A DNA stretch of 64,000 bases from the human T2T-CHM13v2.0 reference genome, Homo sapiens, in NCBI RefSeq assembly GCF_009914755.1, contig NC_060936.1. One strand, 5' to 3'. Within the stretch, counting starts at the first letter, position 1; each line of letters opens with the position of its first letter. The notes beneath the pieces were generated by a model that searched no databases, was not told where the DNA came from, and was given only the letters and a program-made list of their open reading frames with translations. The translations under genes and the position numbers were made by a program. Positions 55,201-64,000 of this stretch are shown here, piece after piece.

Positions 55201-56444
55201 GGGTTAGAAATAAAACCAGGCTCTGAATTGGCCTTTGGAAACATAAACTCTAGCTAACTATAATTCTATAGTTGTAAAAGAAATATTAATGATACATCTT
55301 TTTCTATTGCTCATGTTTGCAAAGAATTTAAAACCTCAAGAATCATATGAAGCTGAAATACAGTAGTCTAGAAAAAAGTATAAACTAGTGTACTTCCTTT
55401 TAAATTATTTAATATGTTTAATGATTATAGTAGCATATTTCTAAATCCAGGCATTCATTATTTCAAGATCAGCTAAGAGTCCTACTTAAATCTGATATTA
55501 ATAATTTATTTCTTCTATAAAAATGATGTCTTTTTCTGTGCTTTCACTGTGTCTTTCATGATGCTATTTGTCACATTGGCATACTGGGTACTCCCCATGT
55601 ACTGGAGTACACAGGTGTTTACTGATTTTTGTTCTACGCTAGAGATTAACCTCTTTGAGTGTACGTACTATTGCCCTCACAGGTCTGACACTTAGTAACT
55701 GTCAGCAGATGTCTCCCAATTGATGGTTTTCATTGTATATATGTGGAATAAAAATCACTTAGTCACAGATATAAAAACCAAGAGTTATAAAAAGCAACTA
55801 GTATATTAATGAATATAAAAACAAGAGGATTAATCATAATTAAATTCTTGCTTTTTCAAGGATATCATTCTTTAATGGCATTTCATATATTACCATTTGG
55901 AAGAAAAGAGCCCTAATTATTTGGGAATTATATTCAAATAATATAAAACCAAAGAGGTTAAAGTTCTTTATACGTGGATTCATTTTTAGTGATTGTTGAA
56001 AAATGGCAGAAAAATGTAGTTCTACCTCACCAGAATAAAACTATAAAATTGAAATGAATCCAAGAATGAACAAATTTTTTTAAGATTGTTGATTTCTTTA
56101 TGATTTAATTTAAAAATAAAGAGTAACTGAAACTCCATAGAAATTATAAAGAACACCCGTACATACCCAATTCTGTTGCTAAATTTTTGAAATTACTAGA
56201 ACTTAGTGTCTGTATATCTGAAGTTATGACCTGTGTGGTTAAAAAAAAAGTGTTGCTAAAAGTCAGATATTTTAGTTCACACTTTAACCACGATATGAAG
56301 AAATTTGGTAGAAAACAATCATCTCAGATTTTACTTTATGATATTTATATTTTAAGATCATTCTGATTTTACAAAAAAATGTGATAAAGACTCATGTTAA
56401 AATTCCAACTAAGGTTTTTTTTTTGACCTTCTTTGTCTATGTTT

Positions 56445-56550
56445 GTATGAGTTTTGCCATCTGCAGAATGAGTACAATAATAGCAAAAGTCATAGGATTA
56501 TTTTGATAATTACGCAAACAATAGTTGAAATACGGCTAGCAAAATACTTA
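56445..56550 (+). mobile_element. MIR fragment
   Basis: gagttttgccatctgcagaatgagtacaataatagc...cataggattattttgataatta. Confidence 0.65.
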
Positions 56551-57399
56551 CGAAAAGCCCAACAGCTTCCCTCTCTTTGAAACATCACTTTTAGGGGAAA
56601 AATAACAAGTAATAGCAAAAAATCTGAATATTATAAGAGCTGACTACTTCAGTTCTTATAAATATATAATGTAAATAAATATACTGAATGTTTACATTAT
56701 TTTAAGATTATAGTTGCTCATAAAATAACAATGTAACTATGTGGTTACATTGCCTATTAGTATTTATCTATTTAACAGAAATCAAGTATTTGAAAATAAG
56801 TTTTGTTTGAAAAAAATGCAAATACTATCAGAGAGGTCAGAGTGTTTAGTTACAATGGAATTATTATGAACTGATGGGAAGGAGCCTAAAATAAATGGAT
56901 AGAGACGAACAAGTGAAATATTTGCTAAATCCTTACTTATGACTAAGGCTGGCTCTACAATAATTCTTAACACTTCTCTCTTTTTTTTTTTTCTTCTAAG
57001 GTGCTTTCAGAGAAAATATGGCAATTCAACTGGAGGTATTAAAGTAGTATAAAACCTATTGGTTGGAAAATAAAATTTAAAAACAATGAAGAGGATTTTA
57101 CATACATAAAGTAAAAAATATATGTGGATAGAGTCATTTGCACACACTCCTGGAAAGATCATTGTGCAATGATCAAATTGTAAATGTATATAACAAACCA
57201 TCATTTCTTAATTTCTGAAACACAGCAAACATAAAATTATAGAGAAAATAGCTTCATAATTTCAAATATACCCTTCGATTAATTTTGACATTTATCCACT
57301 TTTGGCTGAACCCTTCCCAACAAATTTCCTTCTGCTTAATTATTCCAAATAAAAACTTCTAAAAAGTTATCTTACTCATAAATAATTCTGTATGTATCT

Positions 57400-57665
57400 C
57401 AAAAATATGAAGACATGACACAAATTTAGACAGATTAATTAAATGAAACACCAAAAGAAAAATATCTATAATTTGTACTTTACTGGATTTTAAAAATATT
57501 AATAATTTAAAAAATTAAAAATTAAAGAAAAAATAAATTTAAAATAGCAAAAAAACCCCCTAAAAAATCTCTGTAAAGAGAATGCTAACACAACCCACAG
57601 ACTGGGGGAGAAGGTATTTGCAAGTCACATATCTTACAAAAAACTTACATCAAAAATTTATAAAT
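57400..57665 (+). mobile_element. Old L1 ORF2 fragment
   Basis: caacccacagactgggggagaaggtatttgcaagtcacatatct. Confidence 0.6.
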
Positions 57666-58645
57666 ATCCAGCTTCCTTAGTACCATTTATTAAAGACACA
57701 GTTTCTTCCTAATTGTACGTACTTGTCATCTTTGTGGAAAATCAACTAACTGTAGATGTGTAGATTTGTTTCTGGGGTTTCTATTCTTTTCCATTGCTCC
57801 TTTCATCTGTTTTTAAATTTCTTATTATTATATTTTTGTCAGTACCATGCAGCTTGGCTTCTATAGATTTATTCCATGTTTTGAAGTAAGGTAGTCTGAT
57901 GCCTCTGGCTTTCTTATTTTGTTCAAGATTGCTTTGGCTATTCAGGCTCTTTTGTGGTTCCATGCAAATTTTAGATTTTTTTTTTCTATTTCCATGAAGA
58001 ATGTTACCAGCATTGTGATAGACTTTGGATAGTATAGACATTTTAACAATATTCTTCCAAACTATTAATACAAGATATCTTTCTTTAAGTTTGCATCATC
58101 TTCAATTTCTTTCATGAATGGTTTATAGTTTTCATTGTAGAGATATTTTACCTCCTTGGTTGAATTTATTTCTAGACGTTTCATTTGATGTCTTTTTGTT
58201 TAATTTGTTAATATGTTGATTCTTCCAGTACATGAGCATGGAATGTTTTATTTAAAATTTGTTTGTGTCATTTATGATTTCTTTTAACAGTGTTCTTTTT
58301 GTTGTTGTTGTTCTCCTTGCAGAGATATTTTACCTCCTTGGTTAGAGGTATTCCTAGGTATTTTATCTTTCTTTTTTGTGGCTATTGTGAATGGAATTGC
58401 ATTCTTGATTTGGCACTCAGCATAATCATTGTTGGTGCACAGAAATGCTACTAATAATTGATTTTGTATCCTGAAACTTTACTAAAGTTGTTTATCAGTC
58501 TCTAGGAGCCTATTGGCAAAGTGTTTAGTGCTTTCTAGATATAGAATTGTATTGTTAGCAAAGAGAGATAGTTTGACTTCTTCTTTTCCTATTTGGATGC
58601 CTTTTATTTCTTTCTCTTGCCTGATTATTTTGCTAGGACTTCCAA
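57663..58645 (-). mobile_element. L1 ORF2 fragments (two overlapping pieces, L1MA-like and L1PB-like)
   Basis: atatccagcttccttagtaccatttatt...; ORF 57781-58041 has L1 ORF2-like residues (KKARGIRLPYFK); ...ttgctaggacttcca. Confidence 0.75.
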
Positions 58646-58679
58646 CTTTACTCTTAAATAATTGTATTAGTTGGTTTTA

Positions 58680-61600
58680 GCCCTTCTAGACCTACCTGAA
58701 TAACTGACACAAGGTGCTTGTCCTAGTCTCGCCTAACGTGTAATTCATTCGGGATAGATAAGCAGTGGGTATTTGTCCAAAACACTATAAGGCAAACAAC
58801 CCACAGCTACCATGGAAAAAGATTAAAATTGAGATATAGAATAAAGCAAAAAATCTGTGGAGAAAAAGCTGAAAAAAGAGTTGCTTGGAGGAAATTAGAG
58901 CATTTAAACTAACCATGTATAATGAAGAATATACAGTGCCACAGTCAGGCCCAGGGCAGGATGTATGTTCTATAACAGTCTTCAAAAACCCTAAACTTTT
59001 ACCTGTTTCTAATTTCTAGGCACACTAGAAGCAGAAAATAAAAGGTAAGGCAGAGTTATAAATGACCTAAGTGTGGAAGGTATGTCAGCAGGGAGCCATC
59101 AGCAAAAAGTGGGAGAGGTTTTATTTATTTATTTTTTCATTTTCTTCTTTTTTGTTTTTTCTCTCTTTATTTTCCTTTCTCCTTTCTTCTTTCCCCTCCA
59201 CCTCTTTATCTGGCTTCTGAAATTCAAGGAAATAAAGAACACTAGCTTATAGCAAGCAATCAAACAACTCCTGAGGAGGGGAAGACCCTAATTTCCAAAT
59301 TACCACACTATCATATTTAAAACGTTGATTTTACTTAATTACAAAGGATGAAACAAGAAATACGGCTCATTTATAGAAAAAATTTAAAATACTGTTTCTG
59401 AAGAAATATAGACTTTGGACTCACTAAACAATGACTTTAAATCAAGTGTCTTAAATATGTTCAAAGACCTATAGAAAAACAGAAAAATAATGTATAAACA
59501 ACTAGAGAATATCAATAAAGAAATAATTATAGTACATGATATACTAATAGATAATGAAATCAAATAGAAATTCTAAAGCTGAAAAATTCAAGAGGGACAT
59601 GAAAAACTTATTAGAGGATTTCAATGGCAGCTTTGAGAAGACAGAAAAAAATACTGAATATTTCTCAACAAGAATACTTTTCATCAAGAAAAATTCATAA
59701 TCAAATGTTTTCATTGATGAAATTTACCAGATATTCAAGAAGGGAAGTAACACCCATTCTTCTCAAGGTATTAGAAAACAGAAGAGAATGGAACACTTTC
59801 CAATTCATTTTGCAAGGCCATCATTACCCTAATATCAAAGCCAGACGAAGACAACGCACACAAAAATAAATCTATATACCAATATCTGCAATGCATATAG
59901 ATGTCAAAATTCTCAACAGAATAAATTCAGCAGTATATTAAAAGGGTTATGCATCATGCCTAACTGGGATATATTCCAAGAATGAAAGGGTAGTGCAATA
60001 TAAGATAATCAGTGCAATGCATGCCATTAACACAATGAAGAAAAAAATATGTGATAATCTCAATTGATGCAAAGAAGGTATTTGGAAAAACCTCTTTCAT
60101 GATAAAAATTTCCAGGAAACTAAGAATAGAGAAAAAATTCCTCGACACAATAAAGGGTATTCCTCAAGAAACCTATAGTTAACATCATACTCGATGGTGA
60201 AAGACAGAAAGCTTTCATTTTTTTTATTATACTTTAAGTTTTAGGGTACATGTGCACAACGTGGAGGTTTGTTACATATATATACATGCACCATGTTGGT
60301 GTGCTGCACCCATTAATTTTAAGATCAAGAACAAGACAAAGATTAACAAACAAGACATTTATGGCTAAATGATAGAGAACAAACAAGACATTTATGGCTA
60401 AGTGATTTTCAGCATGAGTGCCAAGATTATTCAATGGGCAAAGAATTGTCTTTTCAACAAATTGTACTAGACAACAAGGTATCCACATGCAAAAAAAAAA
60501 ATAATAAATTAGGGCATCTATCTTAAACCATATCAAAAAAACTCAAAATGAATTAACAATCTAAACATAATAACTAAAACCATAAGACTCTTAGAAAAAA
60601 AAACATAAGGGTAAATCTTTATGACAGTGGATTTGGCCATGTATTCTTAGATTTGACACCAAAAGGATGAATAGCAAAAAAATCAGATAAGTTGGATTCA
60701 TCAAAATCAAAAATTTTGTTCATTAAAGGATATTACAAAGAAAGTAAAAAGAAACTTATATAATGGGAGAACATAGTTGCAAATTATATATATGATCAGA
60801 ATTGAATGTCCAGAAAATATCTTACAACTCAACAACCAAAATGCAAAAAGTAAATTAAAAAATAAAACAAGGTCTTTAACAGACTTTTGTCATGAAGATA
60901 TACAAATAAACAATAAGCACATGAAATAATGCTCAATGTTATTATTCATTAGGGGAAAATGTAGATAAAAACCCATAGTGAGTATCACTGCACACCTACC
61001 AGGTGATGATAGTAAAAAAACAGAAAAGCAAACCAAATGAAAAAGCCACCCAGGAAATAAGAATTATTGACAAAGACATAGAAAATTGGAAATCTTGTAC
61101 ATTGGCAATGGCAATATAAAATGGTTCCACTGCTAAGAGAAACAGTTTGTCAGCTCCTCATAGAATTACCATATGGCCTAGATAGCCAAATCCTAGATAT
61201 ATATGTAAAATAATTGAAAACAGATACTCAAATACACTTACATGTATGTTCATATTAGCACCATTCATAATAACCAAAAGTTGAAAAAAGCCCAAATTTT
61301 AGTCAACTGATGGCCAGACAATCTCACTGTGGTATTTCCATATGATGGAATATTATTTAGTCATTAAAAGGAGTGAAGTACTGATATAGCTGCCACATGG
61401 GTGAACTTCAATATGCTAAGTGAAAGTACTCAGACATAAAAGTCATCTATCATATTATTCTATTGCATGAATTATCCAGAATAGGCAAATCCATAGAGAC
61501 AGAATACATATTGGTAGTTGCCAGTGTTTACATGGAGGGGAGAATTGAGAGCAACAGTCTAATGGATAAAGAATTTCCTTTTGATGGAGGTGATGGGTTG

Positions 61601-61705
61601 ACAACATTGTGAATATGCTGTCATATAAATGCCACTAAACTGTTCACTTCAAAACAATTTTTTTGTGTGTTTTGTCAATTTTACCTCAATAAAATAAAGT
61701 TGAAG
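58680..61705 (+). mobile_element. Old L1 (L1MB-like) with internal deletions: 5'/ORF1 remnants, ORF2 pieces, 3'UTR
   Basis: gactttaaatcaagtgtcttaaatatgttcaaag (ORF1); caattcattttgcaaggccatcattaccctaat (ORF2); gaataggcaaatccatagagacaga...ttttacctcaataaaa (3' end). Confidence 0.8.
60218..60316 (-). mobile_element. Extremely 5'-truncated L1PA (~100 bp)
   Basis: ttttattatactttaagttttagggtacatgtgcacaacgtg...gctgcacccattaa. Confidence 0.92.
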
Positions 61706-61739
61706 TATTTTAAAAAATAATTGTCTTCTTATTAACGCC

Positions 61740-62395
61740 AACATTGTCAGTCCAGATTAAGCCATCATTCTGTCTTGATTGTTCTATGTTAGCACAATAT
61801 CCTTCAAGCTGTTCTTTTGCTTTCACTCTTGCCTAACTATAGTGTATCTACGAGCTAGAAGTTACCCCCATTAAATTATATACCTGATGTTGGCATTCTA
61901 GCAGGTCTACGATATATTCTCATCATACACACTGTAAGACCTGAAGTCCTAGCCATGACCTCTAAGATCAGGTATTACCCATTATCTGTCTTTCTCACTT
62001 TCTCCCTTGATCCGTCTACTTCAGGTATATTGACCACTTTGTATTTCTTTGAACATACCAAGGCAACACCTGCCTCAGGAACTGCATCTTGATGTCCTCT
62101 TTCCCTGATAGCTTCTTCCCAGAGACACCTGTGTGGCTTACACTCTCAGTTTTTCTGGTCTTTGTTCAGTTGTCCCCCTCAGAAAGGGGTGTTAATTAGC
62201 ATCCCTCATCACTGTCTAATATTTACCTTAATTTATTGTTTATGTCGTTGTACTTACCTCATCTTTCTATGGTATATTCATTTATTCATTTATTTTCTAT
62301 CTCCTGCTCTGTATGTTTTACATTTGTATCCTCCTTGCATAGGAGAAGGCCTAATACATAGAAGGTATTAAATAAATAAATATTTTTAAGTCAAT
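61740..62395 (+). mobile_element. L2 including 3' end
   Basis: gtccagattaagccatcatt...ttctttgaacataccaagg...cctgcctcagga...cctaatacatagaaggtattaaataaata. Confidence 0.8.
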
Positions 62396-64000
62396 ACATG
62401 TATAATATCTATGTTTTAAATAATTACAATATGTTTACAAGCAAGAACATTAGAAGTTGTGAGAGCAATCCTAGACTAGAGATGCACTTCTTATGGTTAT
62501 TCTACAAATCTTTCTGAACTTCAAATTCTTAATACTGAGGCATATATTTTCCTTTTCAATTCTAATACAGGTAGATGTTTCCTTGTAAGATTTAACACTT
62601 TTTGTAATATATTCATAGTTATTCCTTTTTAGAGTAAAAAAACAGATTATATGACTCAGCAAGGTTATTTGGATTTATGCATTATTGTTGCTGTGTTTTT
62701 ATTTCCTCCTTTTACTTTTTTTTAAAAGCTTACATTTATATGAGGTACAAAAGAAGTTGATGCAAGTATAAAATAGTGATATCTTGAATTTTTATCTTTG
62801 ATACCTTTAGAAAAATTTCAACTATACCTTATAAAAAGGAAAAAAAAATGAACAAAAAACAAAAATAAATACAATTAATAAGAGCTACTCTTCCTCACTG
62901 TTGTTGGAAATTTTCATCTAATGGCAAATATTTAGGACCACCTGCTTTGATCATGGAGATGATGACTCTACCCCCTAACAGTTCTGTTGGTGGAGTAAAA
63001 TAACTAAGGAGGTTATCAGGGCCATAGAAACCTTTATGATCTACCAATTCTTGCATGCCTATGGAGACTCATTCAGTTCAGCTACTCCTCAACACTGTAA
63101 AAGAAAAAGAACTCATCTGAGGATCTTACAGATGAAGAAATCTTTTGTGGAATTTTCTGCAATTCCTCATTTCACACCAGACCATGGTGAGTGGAGCTGG
63201 ATGGACTGTATAATAAGGTGCACTGCTCTCTGATAGAAACTTTCATAAAGAAGAAAAGTTACTGATGAAAGCCAGTGGATTGCGTGTGTGTGCACTAGTG
63301 AGCAGTTGAGATTTCATCTCATTTTCAGTGCCTGTAGAATGAAGGACATCAGGGGAGCAGGCCACAAACCTGAACTCCCTCTGCTCCTTCCCTGAAAGTG
63401 AGGAAAGAGCATCAAAGGGAATGAAAGTGACTGAATATCCAACAGGAAAGTATTGTATGTTCTTGCTTTGGGTCACAGTCGTGGTTTGCATCATAAAATA
63501 AGAGCTTCCTAATATAACATTTATGAACTCCTTAGTCCTTGGGTATACATTGAGAAGTTGTGAAGAATATTTATATGTGTTGAGAGTGATTATTAGCTGT
63601 GGATCATTTAATGTTATCCTTTGTAATCTGAGGGGTGAGGATTACATTTTAAACTGTAATTTTTGCATTAATTATTTTTCCCTTTAACTATATTTGAAAG
63701 TCTTTTCCCTTCATAATTAAACCTAGAAAAGGTATCTATGACTGTCTATGACTCAAAGCAGTTACTTGCATTACCTGAAGAAAGCAGTGCCAGGGAATTG
63801 TTTATTTAAAGAACACTATATTATTATTTGTAAGTTAAAAGTTCTAATCTTTCATGGTTTTTATTAAGTAAACATAATCAAATAATGTATTAATTGAAGC
63901 ATGGGATTAACATAAACTAGCTCAGAATTTTAAATATCCTATTTGATAAAATATGATGAAATATTTCTTTTCAAATTGCTCACAAGATAGCTCCTTGGAT

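Larger units (their letters stand above)
50841..55203 (-). mobile_element. HERV-H internal region (common pol/env-deleted form); 5' LTR and PBS missing
   Basis: gag zinc knuckle CYKCQKSGHHQAKEC (53838-54056), protease-like FLINTETTHS (53469-53657), RT LDLKHAFFTIPL (52806-53036), integrase CPIC...WQIDFT (51857-52117), in the correct order. Confidence 0.95.

Noticed and set aside
50442-55203. HERV-H processed pseudogene made by L1
   Set aside because: The 3' LTR includes U5 to its natural end, with no poly-A or long TSD.
57400-58645. Twin-priming L1 inversion
   Set aside because: The opposed fragments join at their 3' sides, with no shared poly-A or TSD. Twin priming joins 5'-side ends.

Overview
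AT-rich, repeat-dense primate genomic DNA, probably human or another ape given AluY, L1PA3/4 and HERV-H. It is intergenic or deep-intronic, and I see no credible host protein-coding exon. The ORFs with recognisable products are broken L1 or HERV-H frames; the rest lie in Alu, other repeats or low-complexity DNA, or are short chance frames. Main contents: (1) a full-length dead L1PA3/PA4 on the - strand (29.56-35.74 kb) that keeps the 129-bp 5'UTR segment; (2) an older full-length L1MA (-, 41.8-49.6 kb); (3) a long L1MC/MD (-, 14.6-22.7 kb) with four nested insertions; (4) a HERV-H provirus (-, 50.4-55.2 kb) with its 3' LTR7 but no 5' LTR or PBS; (5) a Y1 RNA retro-pseudogene; (6) eight Alus plus L2, MIR, MaLR/ERVL LTR, MER91A, MER5 and MADE1 pieces. 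I found no multi-gene novel system. The best leads are a unique CpG-retaining island with splice-like ends and short hairpins (25.67-26.40 kb), a TSD-flanked internal L2 fragment that looks retrotransposed in trans (10.76-11.16 kb), a possible L1 3' transduction, a de novo 11-bp minisatellite inside the HERV-H RT, and the loss of the HERV-H 5' LTR. Repeat family and subfamily names come from remembered consensus sequences, not a search. Boundaries of old repeats are approximate.
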